Positions 8,411 through 19,253 of a DNA stretch of 64,000 nucleotides are shown piece after piece. Each line of letters starts with the position of its first letter. Positions within the stretch are counted from its first letter, which is position 1. Under the pieces are notes generated by a model. It did not search any database, was not told where the DNA came from, and saw nothing but the letters and a program-made list of their open reading frames with translations. Position numbers and translations under genes: made by a program. Source of the DNA: an uncultured bacterium (GTDB taxonomy: Bacteria > Pseudomonadota > Gammaproteobacteria > Methylococcales > Methylomonadaceae); assembly GCA_965366065.1 (NCBI GenBank), contig CBDUDV010000014.1, positions 141 through 64,140 of the forward strand. Direction: 5' to 3'.

Positions 8411-11059
8411 TTATGATGTTGGTTGCAGGCTTTTGTTGGCCACTTCAAAGACATCTTTAGAAATATTTTCAGTATTAATAATGCGCTCTAATTGTTGCTT
8501 GATCAGTGTTTGTCGCGATTCATCAAAACGTCGCCAAGAGGTTAATGCGCTGACCATGCGTGAGGCAACTTGTGGGTTGAGCGTATTTAAAGCAATCACT
8601 TGGTCTGCTAAAAATTGATAACCTAAACCACTCGCGGCATGAAAGTGCACCGGGTTAGCTTGGCTAAATGCACCGACTAAGGCACGCACGCGGTTGGGAT
8701 TTTTTAGGTCAAAAGCCGGGTGTTGTAGTAGCTTTTGTACTGTATTGAGGGTATCGCTTTGGGAGCTGCTAGCTTGCAATGAAAACCATTTATCAATCAC
8801 CAGTGCTTCATTTTGCCATTGCTGGTAAAACCCCGCTAGGCAATTCTCTTTTGCCGGATTATTGCTGTTTACAATAGCGCCTAATGCCGAGATTTGGTCA
8901 GTCATTGTTTTTGCTTGTGCAAATTGTTGGTTCGCTAAGTAGTAACTATCGCCGTGCCCTAATTGACTTAAATAGCTAAGGCAGATATTTTTAATTTTAC
9001 GGCTAGCAATGGCTTTCGGGTTTAATTCACCGGTTTCATTTTGCTGATTTGACTGATATAAATCAGTTAATTGTGTTTTTAGTTGTTCGGCAATCGCTGA
9101 TTTTACAAAGTTTCGGGCTTGATGAATGGCTGACGTATCAACCACGGTCATTTGTTCTGCTAAATAGTTTTCAGCAGGAAGCACCAGTAAGCAAGCTAGG
9201 TAAGATAAGTCATCCCACTCTTGCTCTAAGAGTGTAGCAAAGCTTTGTATTAATAAATTAGGAACGCTTAAGGCTTGCTGATTTTGTATTGCCGATACTA
9301 AATCAAAAATAACCGCCGCACTGAGTTGCTGTCCGGCTTCCCAGCGGTTAAAAGTGTCGTTATCATGCGCTAATAAAAAAGCCAGTTCAGTTAAGGGGCG
9401 TTGCATAATGAGCTTTACTGGCGCAGAAAAACCGCGCAATAAAGACAAGGTAGGGTTGCTAAGCACATTGTTAAAAACAAAGCTTTGCTGTTTTTCTATG
9501 AGGTTTAAGGTCACTTCATTATTACTTGAATTGACGCCATCAACTTCGGGTTTGATGATTTTTCCTTGGCCATCAAATAAAGCGCTTGTAATCGGTATAT
9601 GTAAAATTTTAGCTTTTGCTTGGTTAGAAATAGATTGCGAAAGCGTAATCGTTAATTTTTTCGCGTTAGTATCGTAATCTTGCGCCACTGTTACGCTGGG
9701 TGTTCCCGCTTGCGAGTACCAGTTTCTAAACTGTGTTAAATCTTTATCATTAGCATCTTCCATTGCCGCCACAAAATGCTCGCAGGTGACTGCTTGACCA
9801 TCATGGCGTTGAAAATATAAATCAGAACCTTTACGAAAGCCTTCGTGGCCTAATAAAGTACGAAGCATACGCACAATTTCTGCGCCTTTTTCGTATACGG
9901 TCAAGGTATAAAAGTTATTGATTTCTATATAGGCTTCGGGACGAATAGGGTGTGATAAAGGCCCTGCATCTTCAGCGAATTGGCGTGTACGTAACATATT
10001 GACATCATCTATGCGTTTTACGGCATGTGATGTCTGGTCGGCAGTGAATTCTTGATCTCTGAAGACAGTAAAACCTTCTTTTAGGCTAAGTTGAAACCAG
10101 TCACGACAGGTAACTCGGTTACCTGACCAATTATGAAAATATTCATGTGCGATAACCGCTTCAATATGTTCATAATCAACATCGGTTGCGGTGTCAGGGC
10201 GCGCTAAAACAAATTTAGTATTGAAAATATTCAGCCCTTTATTTTCCATCGCACCCATATTGAAGTGACCCACAGCGACAATCATATATAAATCTAAGTC
10301 GTATTCTCGGCCGTAGGTTTCTTCATCCCAGCGCATAGCATTCTTTAAAGATTGCATAGCATGGCTGCATTTATCAATGTCATGCGCTTCTACAAAGATT
10401 TGCAAAGTAATATCTCGACCGCTCATCGTAGTGAAGTGGTCTTCAATGCATTCTAATTGGCCGGCTACTAAGGCAAATAGATAGCAAGGTTTTTTAAACG
10501 GATCTTCCCAGGTTACCCAGTGACGATTATTAGTTAATTCACCGGTTGCGACTTTATTGCCATTAGATAATAGAACCGGATAAAGCGTTTTGTCTGCTAC
10601 TAGTGTGGTAGTGAAGCGGCTCATTACATCCGGTCTATCTAGGAAGTAAGTGATTTTTCTAAAGCCTTGTGCCTCACATTGTGTGCACAGCATATCGTTA
10701 GATATATATAAGCCTTCATACGCGCTGTTTGATTTCGGGTTGATGGTGTTTTCTATCGCAAGGCTAAACGGCTTATTTTGCGGAACATTGTTAATAATTA
10801 AGCTTTCCTTGCTTAAAGTATACTGTGATTCATCTAGTGCAACGCCATCTAAAGCAATGCTCACTAAACTTAAATCTTCCCCAAGTAACTCAATAGCAGA
10901 ATTTTTAGTGGTGCTTTCTGGGTTTGCCAATACCACTAAGCGTGAAACAACGCGCGTATGTTCGGCATCTAAAATGAAATTTAAATCGATAGAATCTACT
11001 AAATACTCAGGGACTTGATAATCTTTCAAATAAATAGTTTGGGCTTGAATTGCTGCCAT
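8411..11059 (-). CDS. pepN: Aminopeptidase N
   Basis: GAMEN and HEYFH zinc motifs; TQCEAQGFR. Confidence 0.95.
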   Translation of the reverse strand: MAAIQAQTIYLKDYQVPEYLVDSIDLNFILDAEHTRVVSRLVVLANPESTTKNSAIELLGEDLSLVSIALDGVALDESQYTLSKESLIINNVPQNKPFSLAIENTINPKSNSAYEGLYISNDMLCTQCEAQGFRKITYFLDRPDVMSRFTTTLVADKTLYPVLLSNGNKVATGELTNNRHWVTWEDPFKKPCYLFALVAGQLECIEDHFTTMSGRDITLQIFVEAHDIDKCSHAMQSLKNAMRWDEETYGREYDLDLYMIVAVGHFNMGAMENKGLNIFNTKFVLARPDTATDVDYEHIEAVIAHEYFHNWSGNRVTCRDWFQLSLKEGFTVFRDQEFTADQTSHAVKRIDDVNMLRTRQFAEDAGPLSHPIRPEAYIEINNFYTLTVYEKGAEIVRMLRTLLGHEGFRKGSDLYFQRHDGQAVTCEHFVAAMEDANDKDLTQFRNWYSQAGTPSVTVAQDYDTNAKKLTITLSQSISNQAKAKILHIPITSALFDGQGKIIKPEVDGVNSSNNEVTLNLIEKQQSFVFNNVLSNPTLSLLRGFSAPVKLIMQRPLTELAFLLAHDNDTFNRWEAGQQLSAAVIFDLVSAIQNQQALSVPNLLIQSFATLLEQEWDDLSYLACLLVLPAENYLAEQMTVVDTSAIHQARNFVKSAIAEQLKTQLTDLYQSNQQNETGELNPKAIASRKIKNICLSYLSQLGHGDSYYLANQQFAQAKTMTDQISALGAIVNSNNPAKENCLAGFYQQWQNEALVIDKWFSLQASSSQSDTLNTVQKLLQHPAFDLKNPNRVRALVGAFSQANPVHFHAASGLGYQFLADQVIALNTLNPQVASRMVSALTSWRRFDESRQTLIKQQLERIINTENISKDVFEVANKSLQPTS

Positions 11060-11064
11060 GATGT

Positions 11065-11589
11065 TTAAGTCTCGTGTTTAGTTGAGCTAGGTGAATGAGG
11101 GGGGAAGGATACCAGCCAATAGGTAATGCCTAAGGCTAAAACCACTGCGGCTGTTGCATAAACAAAGTCGGGCGTAATTTGCTTGAAATCTAAAACAATA
11201 ATTTTTCGCGCGATTGCCATTAGCGCAGTCGCAATTACTAGTTTTACGGGAAGAACATCTTTGCGTATATATAAAGTAATATTAACAAAGATTTCAATAC
11301 CAATCAGCGCAACTAAAAACGTACTGAATAGAGCCAGAATATCGCCGATATTAAGAAACATAAAGGGCGGGGTCATTAAACGGCCATAAAGTACAAAGAT
11401 GACATCGGCTACGCTCCATAAAATGACGATAGTCATTAAAATGGCTAAAATGCGCACCGCAACATGAATGACAATATGTAAAATTTTAATTAACCGATCT
11501 TCATGCTCGACAGGCAAGCTTTCTTCTTCTTCGTAAACTGGCGAATAGGGCGCCGGTTTTTTAGGGGGAATCATTGTCATTGCGTTCAC
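11065..11589 (-). CDS. PsiE-family membrane protein
   Basis: Four TM helices; IATALMAIARKIIVLD motif. Confidence 0.8.
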   Translation of the reverse strand: MNAMTMIPPKKPAPYSPVYEEEESLPVEHEDRLIKILHIVIHVAVRILAILMTIVILWSVADVIFVLYGRLMTPPFMFLNIGDILALFSTFLVALIGIEIFVNITLYIRKDVLPVKLVIATALMAIARKIIVLDFKQITPDFVYATAAVVLALGITYWLVSFPPHSPSSTKHET

Positions 11590-11965
11590 TGCGGTAATAA
11601 TTATAAGAATAAATGATTAGTAATAACCACGCGGCTAAAAAGCAAACACCCCCGAGTGGAGTGATCATTCCTAGCCATTTCAGTCCAGAAAGACTTAATA
11701 TGTATAGGCTGCCAGAAAAAAGTACGATTCCTGCAAGCATAAGCCAGCCAGCGTAGCGTAATAAGCGGCTACTTGAGTTGATATGGGTTAATAAGGCAAT
11801 AATGCCTAAACCCAGTGCATGCCACATTTGGTAGTTAACGGCTGTTTTGTAGATTGCTAGCATATCGGGGCTTAAAATAGCCTTTAAGCCATGTGCGCCA
11901 AAAGCGCCAAAAGCAACCGCTAAAAAAGCACTAATGGTACTAAGTAATAAAAAAAGAGGGTGCAT
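11561..11965 (-). CDS. DUF423 family membrane protein
   Basis: GAFGAHGL, YQMWH, FSGSLY, ITPLGG motifs. Confidence 0.9.
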   Translation of the reverse strand: MHPLFLLLSTISAFLAVAFGAFGAHGLKAILSPDMLAIYKTAVNYQMWHALGLGIIALLTHINSSSRLLRYAGWLMLAGIVLFSGSLYILSLSGLKWLGMITPLGGVCFLAAWLLLIIYSYNYYRSERNDNDSP

Positions 11966-12498
11966 TATTTTTCCAAAAGGCGTGGCATTAATTGTACAAG
12001 GTTACAAGGCTTTGTTCTAAAGTCTAGCTGTTCTTTAATTAAGCTATCCCAAGCAGTGCGACAAGCACTTGCAGAGCCGGGAAGGCAAAATAGATAGGTG
12101 GCATTAGCGACACCCGAAATAGCGCGAGATTGGATAGTGGATGTTTTGATATCATCGTAAGATAACATTCTAAATACTTCACCAAAGCCATCTAAGGTTT
12201 TATCTAATAGCGGTGCTATCGCTTCTGGGGTGCCATCACGTCCGGTAACGCCGGTTCCTCCTGTGCTAATGATAACGTTGACCTGTTCATCTGCAATCCA
12301 CTGGGAAACGGTTGCGCGTATTTGATAAATATCATCTTTAACAATCGCTTTTGCTGCTAAATGATGATTGGATGCTTGTAAGCGTTCCACTAGACATTTT
12401 CCAGAGGTATCGTCTGCTTCAGTGCGAGTATCAGAGACAACTAAAATGGCAATGTTAAGAGGGATGAATTGTTTTTCGCTATTGGACATAAAAATCAT
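11965..12498 (-). CDS. moaB: Molybdenum cofactor biosynthesis protein B
   Basis: STGGTGVTGRDGTPEA, LPGS motifs. Confidence 0.9.
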   Translation of the reverse strand: MIFMSNSEKQFIPLNIAILVVSDTRTEADDTSGKCLVERLQASNHHLAAKAIVKDDIYQIRATVSQWIADEQVNVIISTGGTGVTGRDGTPEAIAPLLDKTLDGFGEVFRMLSYDDIKTSTIQSRAISGVANATYLFCLPGSASACRTAWDSLIKEQLDFRTKPCNLVQLMPRLLEK

Positions 12499-12679
12499 CG
12501 TGTTAATTGGGGATAGAACTATTATTTTACCTAAAAAAACACAATGGGTAAAAAGAGCGAGCGCTAAGTCGCAAGGGGGGGGGTAATATTAACTGGTAGA
12601 ACTCATTGAGGCTCTTTATAATTAGCATATTGAATTATATTAAAATAAATAATAAAAAAACATAGGGTCGCTTGAAATT

Positions 12680-13549
12680 ATGAATGACGATAACTTGAGG
12701 GAGGGTTCTGCTGACGACTGGATGGAGTCTTTACTGAGAGCGCCTATTTTTCAAAATCTAGCTCCTGTTTACTTGCAGCAAATCCTAATAAATTTACAGG
12801 ATGTGCGTTATAAGCCAGGTGACGTTATTATTAAGCAAGGGGAAGCCGGAAAGTATTTCTATTTGATTCGCTCAGGGCGGTGTGCTTTAACGCGTAAAGC
12901 ATCTGAGCATGCTAAGTCCATAAGGTTATTAGAGTTAGCTGAGAATGAAACCTTTGGCGAGGATGCGCTATTATCCGGAGAGCCAAGAAGTGTCACCATT
13001 ACCGCACTATCAGATATGTTGTTATCAAGGATTGATAAAGAACATTTTATTAAGTTAATAAAAGAACCTGCATTAAAATATATCGATTATGCCGAGCTTG
13101 TTGCCAAGCAAAAGAGTGGTGCGGTTGTTATTGATGTGCGTGAGGCACGTGAGTATGTAAAAGACGCGATAGAAGGCAGTCGAAATATACCATTTTTCTC
13201 GCTACGGCTACATGCCAAAGACTTGGAGCAACAAAAGAATACTGCCATAGTTGTTTGTAACGATGGTGCTTTAAGTGAGGCAGGCGCGTTTGTTCTATTA
13301 AAAAATAGCGTTGATGTGTTTATCTTGAGAGCAGGAATCCAAGGTATAGATAGCTCTGCTGATGTTGCGCAAGAAGTGAGAGCCACTGCTAAGGAAGAAA
13401 GCGTTGAAGACAGCTTAAAAAAAGAGAATATTAGCTTAAGAAGCGAAGTAGCAAAGTTAAAGAATGAGCTGGAGATGCTAGCTAAACAAAACAGAATGTT
13501 AATTAAGCAGACTGATAAGTTGAAAGCGGTACTTGATAGGAAGTTGTAA
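12680..13549 (+). CDS. Cyclic-nucleotide-binding / rhodanese-domain protein with C-terminal coiled coil
   Basis: FGEDALLSGEPRS (cNMP domain); VIDVRE and SRNIPF (rhodanese). Confidence 0.75.
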   Translation: MNDDNLREGSADDWMESLLRAPIFQNLAPVYLQQILINLQDVRYKPGDVIIKQGEAGKYFYLIRSGRCALTRKASEHAKSIRLLELAENETFGEDALLSGEPRSVTITALSDMLLSRIDKEHFIKLIKEPALKYIDYAELVAKQKSGAVVIDVREAREYVKDAIEGSRNIPFFSLRLHAKDLEQQKNTAIVVCNDGALSEAGAFVLLKNSVDVFILRAGIQGIDSSADVAQEVRATAKEESVEDSLKKENISLRSEVAKLKNELEMLAKQNRMLIKQTDKLKAVLDRKL

Positions 13550-13629
13550 CGAGGTATAAACGAAGCTAAGCTTACACAGTAATGAATTTACTGTGTAAGA
13601 CAGCACCGGCAATCAAAGGGATAAAATCC

Positions 13630-13785
13630 TTATTTGATTTTAGCTTCTTTGTACATAACGTGCTTACGTACAACAGGGTCGAACTTTTTGATTTCCATTT
13701 TTTCTGGCATAGTACGTTTGTTTTTGTCAGTCGTGTAAAAATGACCTGTACCAGCAGATGAAACTAATTTAATTTTATCGCGCAT
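13630..13785 (-). CDS. rpmG: 50S ribosomal protein L33 (not in ORF track)
   Basis: Manual translation [51 protein letters not shown]. Confidence 0.95.
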   Translation of the reverse strand: MRDKIKLVSSAGTGHFYTTDKNKRTMPEKMEIKKFDPVVRKHVMYKEAKIK

Positions 13786-13797
13786 TTCTAAACCCTC

Positions 13798-14034
13798 TTA
13801 AACTTTAAGTCCACGTTGACGCATATCTGCAAGAACAGCATCAATTCCTTTTTTATCGATAATACGCATACCTTTTGCAGATAATCTTAGGCGTATCCAA
13901 CGGTTTTCACTTTCAACCCAGAATCTATGGTTATGTAAGTTTGGATTAAAACGTCTTTTTGTTCTGTTTTTTGCATGGGATACGTTATTTCCCGAAACCG
14001 GGCGTTTGCCGGTTACTTGACAAATTTTTGACAT
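13798..14034 (-). CDS. rpmB: 50S ribosomal protein L28
   Basis: [21 protein letters not shown]. Confidence 0.97.
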   Translation of the reverse strand: MSKICQVTGKRPVSGNNVSHAKNRTKRRFNPNLHNHRFWVESENRWIRLRLSAKGMRIIDKKGIDAVLADMRQRGLKV

Positions 14035-14292
14035 AATTTACCTCTGATGTGCCAGTATTCTAAAGTTAGCCCGACTTTATACCAAATTTTTTCACCAAGG
14101 TAAACAATAAAATAATTATAGCTGAATTATAGTGCGCGTTGGAAAGTGAGTAAAAACCAGATGCAACAAGCCTTTAAGCGGAATTAAGTGAAAGTCCTCA
14201 GGCGTAATAAAAAAGTAAATGTAGTGCACGTAAAAAAGGACTCTCTTATAATGAACAATAATTGAGTATTTTTAGTAATAGAGGGATGGGTA

Positions 14293-15237
14293 ATGATTAA
14301 ACTGGGCATGGTCATGGATTCGATAGACCAAATCAACATACAAAAAGATACCAGTTTTGCTATGTTGCTAGAAGCAGAGGCGCGCGGCTGGGAAATTCAC
14401 TATATAGAATTAGGTGATTTATTTTTGCGCCAAGGGGAAGCCTATGCGAATACAAAAATTATTACCGTCCAACGTGCAGAGGATTACTACCAGTGCCTCA
14501 GTGAACAAACGATTGCATTAGAAAGCTTAGATTGCATTATTATGCGCAAAGACCCGCCCGTGGATCAAGAGTACATCTATGCAACGCATATATTAGAACA
14601 AGCAGAAGCCAAAGGGGTTTATGTGGCAAATAAGCCGCAATCGCTACGTGATGCCAATGAAAAATTATTTACCAGCTGGTTTCCTGAATGCTGTGTTGAT
14701 ACCTTAGTAACGCGTAATGCCAAGCAATTGCGTGAATTTATTAATGAGCACCAATCGGTTATCTTAAAACCCCTCGATGGGATGGGAGGTGCCTCTATTT
14801 TCCATTTGCGTGCTGGCGACCCTAATATCAGTGTTATTATCGAAACATTGACTGAACATGAGTCTTGTTATGTGATGGGGCAAAAATATCTCGCAGAGAT
14901 AACTCAAGGTGATAAACGCATTTTATTGGTTAATGGGGAAGCGATTCCTTATGCATTAGCACGTATTCCAGCCAAAGGTGAAACACGGGGTAATCTAGCC
15001 GCAGGTGGTTTTGCACAAGGGCAAGCTTTAAGTGAACGAGATATTTGGATTGCTAAACAAGTGGGTGCAACGCTAAAAGAAAAAGGCCTGGTTTTTGTTG
15101 GGATAGATGTTATCGGTGATTATTTAACCGAGATTAATGTCACTAGCCCCACCTGCGTACAAGAATTAGATCGGCAGTTTGGCTTAAATATTTGTGCTCA
15201 ATTATTTGATCATATAGAAGATGTGATTAAGCACTAG
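14293..15237 (+). CDS. gshB: Glutathione synthetase
   Basis: MRKDPP, NEKLF, KPLDGMGG, RGNLAAGG, EINVTSPT. Confidence 0.95.
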   Translation: MIKLGMVMDSIDQINIQKDTSFAMLLEAEARGWEIHYIELGDLFLRQGEAYANTKIITVQRAEDYYQCLSEQTIALESLDCIIMRKDPPVDQEYIYATHILEQAEAKGVYVANKPQSLRDANEKLFTSWFPECCVDTLVTRNAKQLREFINEHQSVILKPLDGMGGASIFHLRAGDPNISVIIETLTEHESCYVMGQKYLAEITQGDKRILLVNGEAIPYALARIPAKGETRGNLAAGGFAQGQALSERDIWIAKQVGATLKEKGLVFVGIDVIGDYLTEINVTSPTCVQELDRQFGLNICAQLFDHIEDVIKH

Positions 15238-15244
15238 CTTTTAC

Positions 15245-16099
15245 ATGAGACTTAGCATGGCAATTAAACAAAACAACGATAACATCCTCTTCAGCATGCT
15301 AGGAATTGCGATTGTTGTTCACGTATTAGTAATCTTAGGTATTAATTTTAAATACCCGCATACAAATAAACAAAGCCGTTCTTTAGCAGTGACTTTAGTC
15401 ACTAACTCGGCAAAAAAAGCACCTAAAAAAGCTGAATTTTTAGCACAAAATAATCAATTAGGTGCAGGAGAGAAAAAATCCAAACCTAATCCTGCAACAC
15501 TGAAAATTGCCAGTTCTGGTCAGCAAAAAAACAAACCTGCACAACAATCCTCGGCAAAGCAAACAGTTGCGATAAAAAAGCAGTTTTTGGCACAAAAGAA
15601 ATCTGAAAATACGCTTCAAGTGAGTAAAAAAACAGATAAAACGGCTGAAAAAATCACCCCTAAATTGTCAATGGCATCTTTACAAGCACAAGTCGCCGAA
15701 TTAGGTGCAAAAATACGCTATCAACAACCGAGTAGTAATGAAAATCGTATTAAGTTTGTTAATTCAGTCAGCGCACATAAATATTTAGCCTCACAATATA
15801 TATCCGACTGGCAACGCAAAATAGAAAGTATGGGGAATTTAAACTACCCGAATATTGCAAAGCGCGCAGGCTTTACCCAGTCACTGGTTATGGATGTAGG
15901 AATTAAACCCGACGGCACTATCTATAGTTTACGTATTAGAAAATCGTCTGGATACCCCGCCTTAGATACCGCGGCAAAACGTATCGTACGATTAAGTGAG
16001 CCTTTCCCTGCCTTGCCTCAAGAATTATTAAAAGAATTAGATGTTTTAGTGATCACTAGGGTTTGGAAGTTTACTGATAAGACTGGGGTTACACCTTAG
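15245..16099 (+). CDS. TonB-family energy transducer
   Basis: N-terminal TM with VHV motif; TonB_C domain (SSGYPALDTAA); follows gshB. Confidence 0.8.
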   Translation: MRLSMAIKQNNDNILFSMLGIAIVVHVLVILGINFKYPHTNKQSRSLAVTLVTNSAKKAPKKAEFLAQNNQLGAGEKKSKPNPATLKIASSGQQKNKPAQQSSAKQTVAIKKQFLAQKKSENTLQVSKKTDKTAEKITPKLSMASLQAQVAELGAKIRYQQPSSNENRIKFVNSVSAHKYLASQYISDWQRKIESMGNLNYPNIAKRAGFTQSLVMDVGIKPDGTIYSLRIRKSSGYPALDTAAKRIVRLSEPFPALPQELLKELDVLVITRVWKFTDKTGVTP

Positions 16100-16527
16100 C
16101 TTCAGGGCAAACATTATTTTATTATAATCAGGTTTTAATAACCCTGACATAGGCTTATTAACAGTCATGGAAAATAAAGGTTCACTCAAGCTCATGATCG
16201 CCTTTCATAAAGGAGGGTGAAACTCCATAATATAGAAAACCATCCGCATGTTTTTTTACAGTAGGAATAATTCATTTTCCGGTGTTATTGAGTTAAAAAG
16301 TGAGTAGCGTCATTGGCAGTTCATATTTTGCTTAAATACTAGAAGTCGGGCGTTAAAGAAAGGGGTGACTATATGAAGTGGTTATTTTATTTAAGCTCCA
16401 TAGAAAGTGAATTATCTCACAAATATAAAAAGGTTTTTTTTGAGGGGCATAGTTATGCTAGTATTGAGCCTTAGGTGCTAAAAGATATATTTTCTTTTAG
16501 TTATTTTTCTTTATCTGAGGTAATCAA

Positions 16528-19164
16528 GTGACTAGTAATAGAATAATGGATAAAAGTAAGCTAAAACGTTCCACATTAGCGATAGCCGTGGCTTTGTCGC
16601 TGAGTGCATGTAGTGAGTCGTCCTCCCCGGAAGTCGCTTTAAAATCTTTAGAGACAGTCGTTGCAGATGGCTACATCAGAGGTGCACTCGTTTGTTTTGA
16701 TACAAATGGTGATGGCTTTTGTACGGATGAGAAGCCTGAATATATAGGAACAACAGATGAAAACGGAAAGGTAACTATTAATGTACCTGCGGACTTCGCT
16801 TCAAGATACCCACTGATTGCTCAATTTACAGCCCAATCATTTGATGTAGAAAGAAATCAAGCAACAGGAGAAGGTGGCTACTCAGCGCCAGTAGGGAAAA
16901 CTGACGCATTAACACCATTAACAACTTTGGTGCATAAAGAAATAGTTAAAGATCCTACGATAAATATTGATACAGCGGTTGAAAATGTAAAAACACTTTT
17001 ACAAATAGACCCAACGAAAGATGATGTTGATTTATTTAAAGATCATATAGCTGAAGCAGAAAATGATGATGCTTATAAGAAATTAGCTTTAAAAGCAGAA
17101 TTAGCACATGATGTTTTAGATCAGATGGAAGAGGCTGTAGAAGCTGTGAAAACAGCTCTAGATGGAACGGACGTTGAGTTATCAGATTCTGAAGCATTGC
17201 AATTAGCATTTAACCAACTAGAAAATCAATTAAGAACTCTGATGGAGAGTTTACAAGCTGAAATTGAAACAGCGGAAACAAATGGTGATGATCTAGGTAC
17301 GTTAGCTGTGACAACAACAGTCACGACGGAAAGCTTTAAGATTCCAACTGCGGAAGAATTAGAAACTGAGTTAGACGAGGTTAAATCAGCTGAACTGATT
17401 ACTAGTGCAGAAGCAGCAGAAATTAAAGCAACTTTAAAAACTGGAATTTATGGATTTACAAGTGGTAGTTACGACAAAATCACCTTAAGTGCTGATGAGA
17501 CAACCCTCCTTTTTGAGTATTATGAATATAATGGCTCACAATGGGAAAAATGGGTTGATACTGACTCTGATGAAGGTTCATATAATGATTATTGTTTAGG
17601 TACAAATGGCTGGAAGCAAGACACGGATGATGAAGACGGTATAACAATTAATGCGGATAATACCGCAACCGTTGATACTGGCTGTAGTACTGAAATAGCT
17701 CAATTAAAAGCAATGGATTTATCAGGAAAGCGCTGGAGTGAAATCTATGATGGCCTTTTACCTTCCACTGTACCCTCAAGCTTGGTTGATAAAAGTTTTA
17801 CCGAGGGTGCTAAGGCTTATTTACTCTCACTAAAACTTTTGCAAGATGAGTACCGTTTGGAAAATTATTCCGGTGATTGTTCAGATTTAGGCGGAAATTG
17901 CAATGTTGCTCGTAATCCAGTTACCTACGAAGCAGCGACATCATTTGATGATATTTTGGTGACAGCAGGTGCATCATTACGTCAGGATGCTCGTCTTCAT
18001 CTAAATGGTAATGGAGTTGGTGGTTATTTGAGCATAATTGGCTCTGCTGGTGATCAAGAAGGAAAGGCAAAGATATTCGTGCCTGAAACAAGCTCGACAG
18101 GTGCGCAAGTTTATACTGAACTAGGTGGCATGGCTTATACTGAATTAATGGAAATTGATTGGGTTATAAAAACGATAAATACAGTACAAATAATGATCTT
18201 TCCTCAATTTCCTAGTGCATTTAGAGGGTATGATGATGAAGATTTGACCTTAGTATTAGATAATGGTTTTGTACGCAGAGGTGGGGTTAAATATGCGAGT
18301 GATGAGTTCAAAATTGAAGATATTTTCCTAGGGAAAGCAGCATTAGATCAAGTGATTACTGATGCTGATTTTCTAACTTTTTTAGAAAGCCAAAATAGTT
18401 CAGATTCAAGTTCGAGTGATGGTTCAAGTTCATCAGATTCAAGCTCGAGTGACGGGTCAGATTTTGGGCCAGCGATTGCAATAACAGATGCTGAGGTTGC
18501 TAGAAAAGCTTTTGTTACAAGTGATTCAGTAATAACTTTCTTTGAAGGTGGCTCAGGTCAGCTTTTTTACAGTGACATGAATGGTATTGGTAGTGAAGAT
18601 ATTACATGGTCTGTTGTAGATTCGATGATAAAGGTAACATATAGTGACCAATCGGTTGACTCTGTTAGCATTGCTGAAGGTCAAGAAAGTAATGCATATA
18701 ATATTACTATCGATAGCAGTACAGATGGAGTATCTTACGATACTGTTTGGACTCCAAAAGCATTAGCACTATGGCAGTTAGATGATGTTACATTAACATT
18801 TGTTTCAGATAACGAGTGTACAGGTAGTGATGATAGTACTAAGGTTACATTCTCGAGTGTTACACAAACAGAAGTGTCAGGCACATTAGTTGAGGTCTGT
18901 GACGGGGTGACTAGCACATCAGCATTAACCGTTTTAGAAGACCCTGAATTAGATAATGTACTTAATATTATGGGAACTGATAATGGTGTTGCTTATACTA
19001 TGAATGCAGGGATAGCGCATGGTGATCTAATGAGTGGCGCTATGTCTTTTGTTGAAGTAACTTCTGACGGTGAAGTGAAGGATATATTCTTTGATGATTT
19101 CACTGGAATGTGTACTATGCCTAAGATGTGGAGTGCAGCTATGGGGCACTGCATGGTAATGTAA
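16528..19164 (+). CDS. Large acidic lipoprotein of unknown function
   Basis: Lipobox LSAC; DGYIRGALVCFDTNGDG N-domain; Ser-rich linker; tail GMCTMPKMWSAAMGHCMVM. Confidence 0.8.
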   Translation: MTSNRIMDKSKLKRSTLAIAVALSLSACSESSSPEVALKSLETVVADGYIRGALVCFDTNGDGFCTDEKPEYIGTTDENGKVTINVPADFASRYPLIAQFTAQSFDVERNQATGEGGYSAPVGKTDALTPLTTLVHKEIVKDPTINIDTAVENVKTLLQIDPTKDDVDLFKDHIAEAENDDAYKKLALKAELAHDVLDQMEEAVEAVKTALDGTDVELSDSEALQLAFNQLENQLRTLMESLQAEIETAETNGDDLGTLAVTTTVTTESFKIPTAEELETELDEVKSAELITSAEAAEIKATLKTGIYGFTSGSYDKITLSADETTLLFEYYEYNGSQWEKWVDTDSDEGSYNDYCLGTNGWKQDTDDEDGITINADNTATVDTGCSTEIAQLKAMDLSGKRWSEIYDGLLPSTVPSSLVDKSFTEGAKAYLLSLKLLQDEYRLENYSGDCSDLGGNCNVARNPVTYEAATSFDDILVTAGASLRQDARLHLNGNGVGGYLSIIGSAGDQEGKAKIFVPETSSTGAQVYTELGGMAYTELMEIDWVIKTINTVQIMIFPQFPSAFRGYDDEDLTLVLDNGFVRRGGVKYASDEFKIEDIFLGKAALDQVITDADFLTFLESQNSSDSSSSDGSSSSDSSSSDGSDFGPAIAITDAEVARKAFVTSDSVITFFEGGSGQLFYSDMNGIGSEDITWSVVDSMIKVTYSDQSVDSVSIAEGQESNAYNITIDSSTDGVSYDTVWTPKALALWQLDDVTLTFVSDNECTGSDDSTKVTFSSVTQTEVSGTLVEVCDGVTSTSALTVLEDPELDNVLNIMGTDNGVAYTMNAGIAHGDLMSGAMSFVEVTSDGEVKDIFFDDFTGMCTMPKMWSAAMGHCMVM
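18400..18462 (+). repeat. 33-bp imperfect tandem repeat encoding a Ser/Asp linker
   Basis: TCAGATTCAAGTTCGAGTGATGG at 18400 and TCAGATTCAAGCTCGAGTGACGG at 18433. Confidence 0.8.
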
Positions 19165-19190
19165 GTTATTTAATTTAAACAACTCAATTA

Positions 19191-19226
19191 AAGCCCCGAT
19201 ATTTCCCATAAATACCGGGGCTTTTT
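19191..19226 (+). terminator. Intrinsic terminator after the lipoprotein gene
   Basis: aaagccccg...cggggcttttt. Confidence 0.75.
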
Positions 19227-19253
19227 TGTATAATAATCACAACCACTCTGCTT

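Noticed and set aside
16100-16527. c-di-GMP-I or other riboswitch upstream of the large lipoprotein (AGGGCAAAC at 16104)
   Set aside because: The GAAA tetraloop hairpin and second stem could not be found.
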